From a virus, in IMG/VR virus record IMGVR_UViG_3300029355_000102: a stretch of 64,000 bases of DNA; one strand, 5' to 3'. Positions 40,316-50,071 of the stretch are shown here, piece after piece. The notes under the pieces were generated by a model. It did not search any database and was not told the origin of the DNA. It saw nothing but the letters and a program-made list of their open reading frames with translations. Both the position numbers and the translations under genes were made by a program. Each line of letters begins with the position of its first letter. Positions within the stretch are counted from its first letter, which is position 1.

Positions 40316-41125
40316 TTATTTTGTCATTTTTAAAAATTCAGGAGCAATGCCATATAGAGGTGTCTTCCCGTCCCACTTGTCTATAAATTGTTTATATAAA
40401 ATCTCACGGGTGAGTCCACGGGACGCAATTAAAGCTTGTTCTGTTTTTAGTTGCTCCAGTTCGTTTTGCTTCTTTTGTTCTTCAATCTTCTGATCAAGTA
40501 CCGAAATATTAGTGTTTACCTCGTTACGGCTATCTATTTTATCGCGGACAGCTCTTGAAAATTCCAATTGTGCGGAGAAGGTCAACAACTGCAATCCCCG
40601 TTTCTCAAATTCTTTATCAACGATCTGTTCCAGTCTCTTTTCAAATACCAATGAACCACCGTCAGCCATCAGACTGTCTGTTTTATGTTTGCGACTTTCT
40701 TCTTTGATAAGATCATATATACGTGGCTCCAAAATATTATCTTCTAATGATTGCATAAAGCCATCTTTTCCCGATGGGGTGTCAGCCTTATCAATATGCT
40801 TGTTATCAAATACAATATCAATAGCCCTGTTTTTCATTACTTTATAAGAGTAAGTTGGCCGGGCTGTAAACTCTGTATTGTCGGCTGCTTTTAGTGTGAC
40901 TGGATCAGAAAATTCTCCACGCTGATCGAATAGCGGAACTTGAAAAAGCTCTGTGCCTAATTCCCATGTAGATACCTTACCGGCAACGATTTTAAAATCT
41001 TCTTTCCCTTGTTTGCCGTAGTTCTCCATAAGGACACCGGCATAATTGGGAGCAACTCTTTCGCATGAAGCAAACAAAACAACGGCAAATAGTGCCACAA
41101 TCAAAAAATCAATCTTTCTTTTCAT
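40316..41125 (-). CDS. SPFH/band-7 (prohibitin-like) lipoprotein
   Basis: lipobox LFASC, then SPFH-like core and C-terminal coiled coil. Confidence 0.55.
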   Translation of the reverse strand: MKRKIDFLIVALFAVVLFASCERVAPNYAGVLMENYGKQGKEDFKIVAGKVSTWELGTELFQVPLFDQRGEFSDPVTLKAADNTEFTARPTYSYKVMKNRAIDIVFDNKHIDKADTPSGKDGFMQSLEDNILEPRIYDLIKEESRKHKTDSLMADGGSLVFEKRLEQIVDKEFEKRGLQLLTFSAQLEFSRAVRDKIDSRNEVNTNISVLDQKIEEQKKQNELEQLKTEQALIASRGLTREILYKQFIDKWDGKTPLYGIAPEFLKMTK

Positions 41126-41285
41126 TTTCTACTTTTTTTAATGATATTATAAACTATAAATGCTACTGTCAGCATAATTATTGAAATTCCCAACCACGCA
41201 TTTATGTGATTGAATACGCGGTTGCCAATGAAGAAAGCCGATACGACAAGTACCGGCTTCCAGTATTTCTTTACAGTCTTCATTG

Positions 41286-42029
41286 TTATTGTTCGATAAT
41301 GGCAATATCCGGTGCCAATTTACGGATCAACAATAATTGCTCGTCAATGGCCTTGTTGCGTTCTTCTTCCACTATCACTTCTGCACCAGGGGAGCAAAGG
41401 GATAATCGAATGTTACGCCCATCCACATCTGCAATGATTTCCACTTCAATTTCTTCTGCCGGGCGACCTTTGAAAATCGGAACAATAAGATTGAATGAGG
41501 CCGGAAGATTGGAGTTGACAACTTGGCTGTAATTGTCAGTGCGACTACCGTTGTCTTGTCGGGAGTTTTCCACTTTTGAGTCAATGCTGGCTTTGAAGTT
41601 CTTCAAGACTGTTACCAGTTCCATGTTGTATTGTGCATCCTTGAAGAAGGCACGATTCATTTTGAAGAACTTTGAAAGCTGCACCGGTTCCCATGTCTTG
41701 CTTGTGTTAATACCAAATTCAAGAAACTTGGGATAGTATTTCAACTCACCTCTTACAGTAGCTTTATTCCTACTGTCAGTTTCATTGGTGACAAGTTTAA
41801 GTGTCATTTTCTCCCGATCAACAAGAATATAGCAACGTTTCTGATTGATCTGCTCTTTTTCAGAGATTCTTTTCAAGAGAAATTCATGAACACTTCCAAT
41901 TGTTCCGGCTAATTCTACCTTATCAGGCTCCAGTACCGGTAACTCATTTTCTTCGTGAAGTTCAATAACTCTAAGGGTTGCTTCGGTCATACCCGGAGCA
42001 AAGTTCACTTGCATCTTTTCGTTTCCCAT
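41286..42029 (-). CDS. hypothetical protein (DUF2303/YfdQ-like?)
   Basis: 247 aa. Confidence 0.3.
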   Translation of the reverse strand: MGNEKMQVNFAPGMTEATLRVIELHEENELPVLEPDKVELAGTIGSVHEFLLKRISEKEQINQKRCYILVDREKMTLKLVTNETDSRNKATVRGELKYYPKFLEFGINTSKTWEPVQLSKFFKMNRAFFKDAQYNMELVTVLKNFKASIDSKVENSRQDNGSRTDNYSQVVNSNLPASFNLIVPIFKGRPAEEIEVEIIADVDGRNIRLSLCSPGAEVIVEEERNKAIDEQLLLIRKLAPDIAIIEQ

Positions 42030-42035
42030 GCTGTT

Positions 42036-42314
42036 CTACAAATTTTTAGTTCTGTTTTTAAATGATTTGGCTGGTTTGAAGTGTGGAGTATAATGCTCCG
42101 CTATGACAATAGTCTCGTTTTTGTGTATGTTACGAGCAACTTTTCGTTTATAGTGTTTGGGTGACAGTGTACCAAAACCTCTGATATAAAGAGTTCTTCC
42201 ATTAGCTACTGCATCCACGGTTTCCTTCAATGCTGCTTCTATAACTGTTCGGACTTCGCAAATAGCAATACCGGTTGATTCGGCTACTTGCTTGATAAGT
42301 TCTTCTTTTCTCAT
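42036..42314 (-). CDS. HU/IHF-family DNA-binding protein
   Basis: ELIKQVAESTGI...GFGTL...KNETIVIAEHYTPHFKPAKSFK matches HU fold signature. Confidence 0.7.
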   Translation of the reverse strand: MRKEELIKQVAESTGIAICEVRTVIEAALKETVDAVANGRTLYIRGFGTLSPKHYKRKVARNIHKNETIVIAEHYTPHFKPAKSFKNRTKNL

Positions 42315-42317
42315 GGC

Positions 42318-42746
42318 TTATCCCTCCGTACCAGTAGATTCAATGTCCTCGAAGACCGTTTTTTGCATCTCTTGTGCCTCCATCGGACGTTCTTTAACCA
42401 AATCGCCATTACCATTGTAATATCCGGTGGTACGGGTGCTACGATCCATAAACTTAAAGCATTCATCCGTAATTTCCTCATAACCACGTTTTATATCGGT
42501 AAGCAACGTTTTTTTACGTTCCTTTTTAGGTTTCAGTTTGTCCTTGTATGCTTGCATGAAAGCTTTCTTTTCTTCTTCCAGTGCGGCCATGTCAAGGTCA
42601 ATATTTGCCAACTCCGTTTTCCGTTCACCCATTTCTTCCTCGCTGAAAGGAGAAGTATAGGTAATTCTTTCAACTGCTGCGCAATTGTCTTCCAACATTT
42701 GTCTGCGAAGCAATGGATTCTTATCTTTAAATAGTTCTTTATCCAT
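42318..42746 (-). CDS. hypothetical protein
   Basis: 142 aa. Confidence 0.3.
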   Translation of the reverse strand: MDKELFKDKNPLLRRQMLEDNCAAVERITYTSPFSEEEMGERKTELANIDLDMAALEEEKKAFMQAYKDKLKPKKERKKTLLTDIKRGYEEITDECFKFMDRSTRTTGYYNGNGDLVKERPMEAQEMQKTVFEDIESTGTEG

Positions 42747-42747
42747 A

Positions 42748-43050
42748 TCATAAAGGTTTTAAGCCATATCGGGCAGAACCGACAAATGGCTGTGGGTTAG
42801 TCCTTATGTTTGCTTTGTGTATATCATCTGTACGATGATTGAATAATCGGGGTAATCCCGTTATTTTGTCATATACAACCAGTTCAGACGATACATAACA
42901 AATAAAGCCTTTCAGTCGCTCTTTCAACCATGCGTTCTGATAGGCTCTGCGTTCACGATATTCTTGGTAGCTCATTCCCTTTGGGCGAGCTGTGAGAAGG
43001 GGAGTGTAATTTCTCGCCCCCCCCGATTTAGATTTACTCTTTCCCATCAA
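42748..43050 (-). CDS. hypothetical protein containing in-frame G8 tract (43017-43024)
   Basis: 100 aa, tract encodes SGGA. Confidence 0.35.
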   Translation of the reverse strand: MMGKSKSKSGGARNYTPLLTARPKGMSYQEYRERRAYQNAWLKERLKGFICYVSSELVVYDKITGLPRLFNHRTDDIHKANIRTNPQPFVGSARYGLKPL

Positions 43051-43648
43051 TCAAATTTTTATATTGTTCTTCTGAAACGAACTTGTCGCAGTTCCCATAC
43101 CAAGTACCATCATTTATCTTGTATGGCCTGACTGTTTTATCCATTTCATTCATAACACCGACTACCGCATTTTCTTTGCTATTATCATCCCATACAATAA
43201 CAACATCGCCGACAGTCGGGATATATTCAGGCTGTAACTTCTCAAAATTGAAGGAGTAATGTTTTTCTTCCTTCATGGCGGCAAGCATCTTTGCCTTTTC
43301 CTCTTCCGTAGCTTTACGGAATCCCTTCATGCCTCCGATACCAGCTTCGGGTGTGAGTCTTACAAAAACTCTGTCACCTTCATCATTGGAAGGAACATAG
43401 GCGACAAGGCCGAAAGGTACTTTAATTGCCGGTAAAAAAGAGAGTGGCCTTTCTTCTCTAATTTCAGAGAGAATCATCATGCTGCCCCCTCCGCGATTCG
43501 GATTGATAATTACGTCACCGGGGATGAATGTCTCACCCTCAAATTCAAATTTACCCCCCCCCGTAACTTTTTGAGTAGGTTGCATACTTTCTTCTTTCAC
43601 GATTTTTACCATGTGTCCTTCGGGCACTTCAACTGTTACTGTTCTCAT
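43034..43648 (-). CDS. hypothetical protein containing in-frame G10 tract (43553-43562)
   Basis: 204 aa, tract encodes TGGGK. Confidence 0.4.
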   Translation of the reverse strand: MRTVTVEVPEGHMVKIVKEESMQPTQKVTGGGKFEFEGETFIPGDVIINPNRGGGSMMILSEIREERPLSFLPAIKVPFGLVAYVPSNDEGDRVFVRLTPEAGIGGMKGFRKATEEEKAKMLAAMKEEKHYSFNFEKLQPEYIPTVGDVVIVWDDNSKENAVVGVMNEMDKTVRPYKINDGTWYGNCDKFVSEEQYKNLIDGKE

Positions 43649-43869
43649 TTTAATTTGATTTTAAACTGGTTATTGTATTCTATGTATTTTTCCGGGCAGG
43701 TTGTTTCTATAATTCCGTTCATTGTAGGAATACGAAACAACTTGCCGGATTTATGAAGCTCTTTTTCAAGCTGTTTTGCTTTATGTAAAGCAGCCAAAGA
43801 ACGTGTTTCATTTTCGATCAGTTCTTTAGCCGCTGTGATACTGTTACTAATTTTTTCACATGAATCCAT
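43645..43869 (-). CDS. hypothetical protein
   Basis: 74 aa. Confidence 0.3.
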   Translation of the reverse strand: MDSCEKISNSITAAKELIENETRSLAALHKAKQLEKELHKSGKLFRIPTMNGIIETTCPEKYIEYNNQFKIKLK

Positions 43870-44777
43870 TACTTGACTTCTTCTGCGTATGGAGTATCGT
43901 CTTCCTCAAAATCGTCCGGTTTCTGACCTTGTGCCTTTTTCCAGTCTTCAAACATTTCATCATCCAACTGGCTCTCTGTTTCAAGAACTTTAATCATGGA
44001 ATCTGAAATGCCGGTTTTGGGCAGGAATTTGAAAGCCCAGTTCACGATTGTTTTTCGAGCCATTTCTTCAAAGTCTGTGTCCCACGGGGATTGCTTGCCT
44101 TTCTTGACAGCCTCACTACGACTTTTTATTTCTTCAATACGTGCTTTGGGCATTGCATCGAATTTTACAACACCGGAAGTCAAGACTGCAAAATAGTAGC
44201 CTCCAAGAAGATCACCACGTTCTCCGAATACATTGGGTTTGTGGATGATAGTGCCACCGGTACCTTTTGTCATGCTGAACTCGTCATTAGCATAAACCAA
44301 ATCAGAATAAATATCTTTTACAACACCGGTGCGGATCAAAATATCAACTTTACCCATGTATGAAGCTTGGAACTTCACTTTGCCTTTGTACGGTACAAGA
44401 TACCCCAACCTTAGTTCAGGATTGAGCGTCAGACCGGTAAGAGAAACGTTTTTGATTGCTTCGACAAGATGATCGGGATATTGCCGGGCACAGTCAATCA
44501 AATAAGGATTATTCAACATTGCCTGCATAGCGAAATTGACTTCACGGGCAAATTGCTGTTCTGTGCCACCAGCTGCTATAAATGCCTTTTTAGGGGAGAT
44601 AAAACAGCTTTCCAATCCTTTCAGTTGTACTGGAAAGGCTGGTGGGGCAGAAGGAACGGGCGGTTGTGGTGTGGAAGGTGTTGGGGAGACCGGTTCTGTT
44701 TTTGTTGGTGAAGGAGCATTGTGTTGTTCCATTCCCAAGTTCCCTTGTTGGGGGGATTGATTCTCTGTTTTACTCAT
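43869..44777 (-). CDS. RecT-family single-strand annealing recombinase
   Basis: 302 aa; conserved RecT core (LNPELRLGYLVPYKGK...YMGKVDIL). Confidence 0.65.
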   Translation of the reverse strand: MSKTENQSPQQGNLGMEQHNAPSPTKTEPVSPTPSTPQPPVPSAPPAFPVQLKGLESCFISPKKAFIAAGGTEQQFAREVNFAMQAMLNNPYLIDCARQYPDHLVEAIKNVSLTGLTLNPELRLGYLVPYKGKVKFQASYMGKVDILIRTGVVKDIYSDLVYANDEFSMTKGTGGTIIHKPNVFGERGDLLGGYYFAVLTSGVVKFDAMPKARIEEIKSRSEAVKKGKQSPWDTDFEEMARKTIVNWAFKFLPKTGISDSMIKVLETESQLDDEMFEDWKKAQGQKPDDFEEDDTPYAEEVK

Positions 44778-45742
44778 TGTTCTTGATTATTATAAAAGTT
44801 AAACATCTTGTTCTTTTCAAATGCAGGTGTGTCCGGCACCATTATTCTTCGTCCTTTGAATCCCGGCTGAATAAATATCTGTGCACCGTCAAAATCATTG
44901 TTTTGTGTACAGTAAACATGCTGGTCTAACAATTTCTTGAATGCCAATGCGCTTGCCCCCATTTTCACAATTCCGTCTTCCAAATGGAAAGCCCAGTTAG
45001 CTGCACTGACAAATACTGCGTCATAGGGAGCTGTCTTTTGTTGCATAACCCAGTAGAACTCCTTCCATACTCCAGTACGTTCATGTTCAAAAAACTGGTA
45101 GAAGGCTGCCGAAATACCGTAATGAAATTTGGCGATAGTCCGGTTAACTGTTTCTTCATGAAGATCATCAACCGCCAATGTTTTCCAGTCAACAATTTTT
45201 TTGGCCGTTTCCACATCAGGGCGATATTTGAACTTGCATCCTTCGTATTCAACGAAATGGCTAACTTCGGCTTTTCCCCATTTTAATATCTGCCTAATCT
45301 GTTTGGAGGTGTCCCGGCAATTATTAAGAAGCTCATAAACCATTGTTTCAACCAATTGTATATCGGTTGTGCTTGTCAATGTTTTACCGGGATTTGATTC
45401 TTTGGCCTCTATTAGTGCAATCTGATATTTTTGGGTGTCTCGTCCATACGGACAGCCGGTTTTAGGATTTATAGGTGGCTCAAATACAAGAAGATTGTTT
45501 CTCCATTTGTCAAGTGTTCCAGTATTAACAAGACTTTCCATTGCATCATGGTACAGCGAGCCTTTTTCAGAAGCTTCAATACTGATCTCGAACATTTCAG
45601 GGTGCAATGCCTTGTATCGGGCAAACTTTGGGGACACCATATAATCTTTAATCTGCGTACTACTTAGGAAATCTTTGAATCTTTCTCCACGGTGGTATTC
45701 TTCATTTGGCAGATTGTAAATTGTATCTTCTATATTACTCAT
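44774..45742 (-). CDS. YqaJ/lambda-Exo-like PD-(D/E)xK exonuclease
   Basis: 322 aa upstream partner of RecT. Confidence 0.55.
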   Translation of the reverse strand: MSNIEDTIYNLPNEEYHRGERFKDFLSSTQIKDYMVSPKFARYKALHPEMFEISIEASEKGSLYHDAMESLVNTGTLDKWRNNLLVFEPPINPKTGCPYGRDTQKYQIALIEAKESNPGKTLTSTTDIQLVETMVYELLNNCRDTSKQIRQILKWGKAEVSHFVEYEGCKFKYRPDVETAKKIVDWKTLAVDDLHEETVNRTIAKFHYGISAAFYQFFEHERTGVWKEFYWVMQQKTAPYDAVFVSAANWAFHLEDGIVKMGASALAFKKLLDQHVYCTQNNDFDGAQIFIQPGFKGRRIMVPDTPAFEKNKMFNFYNNQEQ

Positions 45743-45813
45743 ATAATGAATTTGGAGTTTTACAAAAAACTCCCTACTTTCGCAAGCAAGGAGCCAATAA
45801 CTAACTAAAAAAC

Positions 45814-46515
45814 TTATTCATCACTTGTGGATAGTAATTCTTTGTAATTCTGTAATATGTATTCTTTTTCTTTATCTGTAAAAGAATAGGCTTTAGCCAT
45901 AAACTTCATTGCCATATCCTCATTGTGATCGGAAAGGGGATAATAGTCAGTAGCGAATTTGTAAGTAAGCCTATTCAATCGCTCATACTTAACTTTGACC
46001 TCTTTAACCCGTCCGCTTATTTCCGAGATAATACCGGACGCTTCTTGCATCTTTTCGTCATATTCTTTTTGGTCTTTCGCTGCTTGTTCTTTCATAACCT
46101 TGTTCTGTGCGGCAAAGTTTGAAATCTTTTCGTATAGTTCACTTGAATACACAAAGCCACAGTTAACCTCAAAGTCTGGCTTGATAGAGTAATTGTATTT
46201 ATCTTTCTTGACGAGATATTTGTAGTCGCTTCCGAGTTTGTTCCAATCGTATTCAACTTTGCGAAGGGTTTTCGCATTACGTAATGCTTCTGCTACCGCA
46301 TTCGCTTCTTCCATGTCTGTAAAAGCGTAACCTTCAAAGAATGGGATCGTGAACACTTTCAAATCAGCAGGTTCAATCTCAAACAATTCGGGAACCTCCG
46401 GCTTATCCATAATTTTGATACCTTCCTCCATCATGCGGAGTTTAATCAATTTCTGTACATCTTCCTCCGTTAACGCAAGAATCTCTTGCTCGGTCATTTC
46501 TGTAATTCCTTTCAT
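45814..46515 (-). CDS. hypothetical protein
   Basis: 233 aa. Confidence 0.35.
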   Translation of the reverse strand: MKGITEMTEQEILALTEEDVQKLIKLRMMEEGIKIMDKPEVPELFEIEPADLKVFTIPFFEGYAFTDMEEANAVAEALRNAKTLRKVEYDWNKLGSDYKYLVKKDKYNYSIKPDFEVNCGFVYSSELYEKISNFAAQNKVMKEQAAKDQKEYDEKMQEASGIISEISGRVKEVKVKYERLNRLTYKFATDYYPLSDHNEDMAMKFMAKAYSFTDKEKEYILQNYKELLSTSDE

Positions 46516-46899
46516 ACTTTTAGCATTTAAAATGTGTTCCCGTCCGCGTTCCGATGGATTGTTGGCCGTAGCTTTTTAGCGGTGACCGCTTCTTGCGAAG
46601 CACGGGTATATATATCATTTAAAGTATCTATTCAGTTAAGAATGTATTTATAAACGCCCTACGTTTACTTTGTCATAATATAAGTTGTTTTTGATAACTT
46701 AGTGATTCGTGTGCTGCATCTTCTTATTGGCAGTCTGTATTCACACTCTTTTCACTAATCCGCTTTGGCTACTTTGTCGGTCTATTTCGCCCTTTAGATA
46801 AGCAGTAAACCTTGTTTTAAGTCTTTATTTGTTCAGACTATACAATATGTCAAAGAACGTTTTGTTAGTTCCCGGAAAGACGGCCAAATCCGTCCGGGA

Positions 46900-47151
46900 T
46901 TATTTTCTTTCCATGAATTTTCTCAAAGCTGATTTGGTAAAAATGAGACTCTTGCCATTTTTGGTGTGAGGAATATCATGTATTCGATTGTATAAGGTTT
47001 GCAACTTCCATCCGAGAAATACAGCAGCTTGTTTGGCATTCAAATACTCTTCGGTTTCAGCAGTCGCCATTTCTGTTACAGCCTTTCTCACATCATTGCG
47101 AATAAACTTGTGCAGTTCTTCTGCAATCATTCTGGCATCTGAACGGTTCAT
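46900..47151 (-). CDS. HTH DNA-binding protein (excisionase/regulator-like)
   Basis: 83 aa with LNAKQAAVFLGWKLQTLYNRI helix-turn-helix. Confidence 0.45.
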   Translation of the reverse strand: MNRSDARMIAEELHKFIRNDVRKAVTEMATAETEEYLNAKQAAVFLGWKLQTLYNRIHDIPHTKNGKSLIFTKSALRKFMERK

Positions 47152-47396
47152 TTCTTTATCGCTTCGATGGTTATCTGATTTTTATCTTTGTCGATGGATA
47201 TTGAATATCTTTCAACGTCTTCACGGGGATCAGTAAAAGCTAATTGATAGGCGTAGCTTCTTGCATTGACGCAATCCTTGTAAGAATCCAGCTGCATCAC
47301 TTTGGAAGAACCAGCTTTAATGCTTAGAATATCTTTCTTTGTTACTTTCATATTATTTTCTATTTTATACTTAAATTTTCCACAAAAAATTTGCAT
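47148..47396 (-). CDS. hypothetical first gene of early operon
   Basis: 82 aa. Confidence 0.3.
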   Translation of the reverse strand: MQIFCGKFKYKIENNMKVTKKDILSIKAGSSKVMQLDSYKDCVNARSYAYQLAFTDPREDVERYSISIDKDKNQITIEAIKK

Positions 47397-47699
47397 AAAA
47401 GAAAGCTAACAACTACATTTGCCAATGAGATATGTAGTAAGTGGCTTTTGAAGTCGCCAGCTTTCTTGTTGTTCAAACTTACACTCTTTGTTTGTTTGAC
47501 GTTGCAAATATACTTCATATTTTCAGAAGTACAATAAAATACTTCATAAAATTTGTAGTATTTCGTATGTTATAAAACATATTTTAATGTAAGTTGCTGG
47601 TTTATAAAATGTTATACAAGTGAGGCTTGCGTAAAAAGAAAGCTTTCTGAAAAAAAAGTAATGTCGTTCTATTAGTATTGTAATAATTGAAGAAGTAAA

Positions 47700-48010
47700 A
47701 GACGATCTCATTCGGTAAGGTGCTGGATTGCTGCATAGTTAGCCCTTAGACGGTTTCCCGTTTTTGCTATATGCAGCATAAGAAATGTCTCGTTCGTATA
47801 AGTACGCCGTTCTTAGCTGGCCGGGCATTAACAAGTTACCCGACTTCCCGGATTTTTCGCTTACTTGTAGCTGTGCAGGCATCCCGGTTTCGTTTGCCTC
47901 TCAATATCGCACGCCCTTCGCAGTATTGAGTTGTAAGAGTGTAACCCTCTGTCTCTCCGCTATGCGGCCTACCGCCGATTACACAATGTGGAGAAAAAGA
48001 AAATCCGCAA
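47700..48010. other. GC-elevated, hairpin-dense non-coding segment in the immunity switch region; possible structured RNA or operator/att region
   Basis: 8-bp stem gctgcata/tatgcagc (47731-47775), 7-bp stem ctcaata/tattgag (47918-47948), gcgg/ccgc stems; no credible ORF. Confidence 0.25.
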
Positions 48011-48127
48011 ATAGGTAGCAGCTATTTACGGATTTCTATATATAAACTCCAAATAGGATGTTTAATCAATTTATGTGGTAATACTGCTACTATTACGGAT
48101 GCAAATATACTACTTAATTTACGAAGT

Positions 48128-48898
48128 ATGCAAGAAGTTGACGATAAAAAATTGAGTGATCTCTCAAAAAGGTTTTTGCAAGCAATTTCATATTGTGGTT
48201 TGAGTGGGTATAAATTGAAGAAAGACAATATTATATCCAGTGAATCAACTCTTACCAGTATAAAAAAAGGGATTCAGTTACCAAGTAAAAAAACAATTGA
48301 TGCTTTTTGTGAGAAGTATGATGTGAGCAGGGCATGGCTATATACTGGAGAAGGTTTGTTTGCAAAGACTCCATCAGGACAGATAGAACCTTCGGAGAAG
48401 GATATTAGGGATGCTCTGAAAAATGCGAGAATGCAATCAGACTCTACGATTAGTAAAGTAGCTCCTTATCTTCAAGATATTCTTGTAAAAGTAAAATATG
48501 TTCCGATAGATGCTGCGGCTTCATTTGTCGAAAGCTTATATAACACAGCTTATGAAATTGATTCTTATGGTGTCATGCCGGAAGAAGGTGAAGTGCTTGA
48601 TGATTCTTATATGGTCTTTCAGGTACGTGGTGACAGCATGGAGCCAACTATACCGGACGGAGCTAAAATTCTTGCTCGCAAAATAGAAGAAGGTTTGTGG
48701 GAAAGCGCGTCAGGAGTTGTGAGTATTGTGTATGGGAAAACACTTTCAGTCAAGCGGATATTGAAAAACAGTCTTTTCTTGGATAATGTGCTGACTTTAA
48801 AGGCTGATAACCCCAAGCATGGCCAGTTAGATGTCGAGAGAAGAGAAATAAGGGGGATGTGGCAAGCATTACGCATAATAAGTCAAAAGATTATTTGA
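48128..48898 (+). CDS. CI/LexA-like repressor (N-terminal phage CI HTH + C-terminal S24 peptidase)
   Basis: WLYTGEG HTH-domain signature; VRGDSMEPTIPDGAKIL and VKRIL (Ser/Lys dyad). Confidence 0.75.
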   Translation: MQEVDDKKLSDLSKRFLQAISYCGLSGYKLKKDNIISSESTLTSIKKGIQLPSKKTIDAFCEKYDVSRAWLYTGEGLFAKTPSGQIEPSEKDIRDALKNARMQSDSTISKVAPYLQDILVKVKYVPIDAAASFVESLYNTAYEIDSYGVMPEEGEVLDDSYMVFQVRGDSMEPTIPDGAKILARKIEEGLWESASGVVSIVYGKTLSVKRILKNSLFLDNVLTLKADNPKHGQLDVERREIRGMWQALRIISQKII

Positions 48899-48899
48899 T

Positions 48900-49238
48900 A
48901 TGGAAGAAAGGGCTATTGACAGATTACGAAAATTTGCAAGGTATGCACGTGATAAGGGAGTTGTCAAAGGTGAGAACTCGTTTGAGGCTTATTGTGAATT
49001 ATCAAATAGATACATTTATAATTCCATAAGGAACGGGAAGGGGGCTATTGGAACTGATATAATAGCTCGTATTGTGGATAAGTTCCCGGAATTGAATGTG
49101 AAGTGGCTTTGTACTGGCAAAGGGAATATGATTGAGACGGATATTGATGCGAATGTCAATTATAAAGCGGCTTATGAGGGTGCAATGATGCAAATAGAAG
49201 CTTTGCATAAAATTATAGAAGAAAATAAGCGGAGATGA
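48900..49238 (+). CDS. phage CI-type HTH regulator
   Basis: FPELNVKWLCTGKGNM matches Phage_CI_repr HTH domain. Confidence 0.5.
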   Translation: MEERAIDRLRKFARYARDKGVVKGENSFEAYCELSNRYIYNSIRNGKGAIGTDIIARIVDKFPELNVKWLCTGKGNMIETDIDANVNYKAAYEGAMMQIEALHKIIEENKRR

Positions 49239-49277
49239 TATAAATATGATACCATTAATATATTTTTAACAAGTATT

Positions 49278-50015
49278 TTGCTGATTATCAGTATAATAGT
49301 AAAATGTGTTAGTTCCGTACGAACTCTAACAGCCAAATTCACAACAACATCCCCACTCTTCTATGTGAAATTTACCGATGAACAGTTTGATGAACGAGGT
49401 GGAGTAGATGCCGGTACGTTACAGATTATGGGTGAAGGGGAAGCAGAAAGACATACAAGCACCTCCAACACTCTTATTTATGCCCTATATGACGATGGAG
49501 GGCACTATCCCAATCTCTATATAGAGAAAAATTCAAACTATGAATTTGTAGGATGGTATTATGATGGCTCACTGTTGTCTTCATCTTTGGAGTTGTCGGA
49601 TATGGACCTCTATGTAGCCAATATTACGAAAGGCGCCACGATTTTGGCCGCTTTTAAGAAAGTGAGTGGAGGAGGGAAATATACAATTACACTTCATGCA
49701 GATCATTATGATAATGGAAGTTGGGTAGGAACTGTTGGCAATTATGTGGGATTTAGTTCTGATGACATAAATCATAAAACGATCAGCAAGGAATTTGAGT
49801 ATGGTACACGAGTCACCGTATATGGATTAGGAAGAAGCGGAAATGATGACAGTGATTGGCAAAACGCACCTTGGTGGTATTATGTGAATGGATTCTACAC
49901 GGCAGGAGGTACTAAACTAATAGGTTTTGATTTCAATCATGTATCTGCATCGTATACATTCACTGTAACTAAGAATATGGACATATATGCAGACTTTGTT
50001 TATTACAAAAGGTAA
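49278..50015 (+). CDS. secreted beta-rich protein
   Basis: hydrophobic N-terminus, Gly/Tyr/Asp-rich repeats. Confidence 0.35.
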   Translation: MLIISIIVKCVSSVRTLTAKFTTTSPLFYVKFTDEQFDERGGVDAGTLQIMGEGEAERHTSTSNTLIYALYDDGGHYPNLYIEKNSNYEFVGWYYDGSLLSSSLELSDMDLYVANITKGATILAAFKKVSGGGKYTITLHADHYDNGSWVGTVGNYVGFSSDDINHKTISKEFEYGTRVTVYGLGRSGNDDSDWQNAPWWYYVNGFYTAGGTKLIGFDFNHVSASYTFTVTKNMDIYADFVYYKR

Positions 50016-50027
50016 AAAATGAAAAGA

Positions 50028-50062
50028 CAAAGAGAGGGATAGAGGCCCCCCCTATCCCCTAC
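50028..50062. terminator. hairpin between convergent genes
   Basis: gggatag...ctatccc stem with C7-containing loop. Confidence 0.4.
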
Positions 50063-50071
50063 TCTATTAAG

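Noticed and set aside
47785-48018. 77-aa ORF in the immunity-region GC-rich segment
   Set aside because: No start context. Translation is low-complexity. The region is better explained as structured non-coding DNA/RNA.
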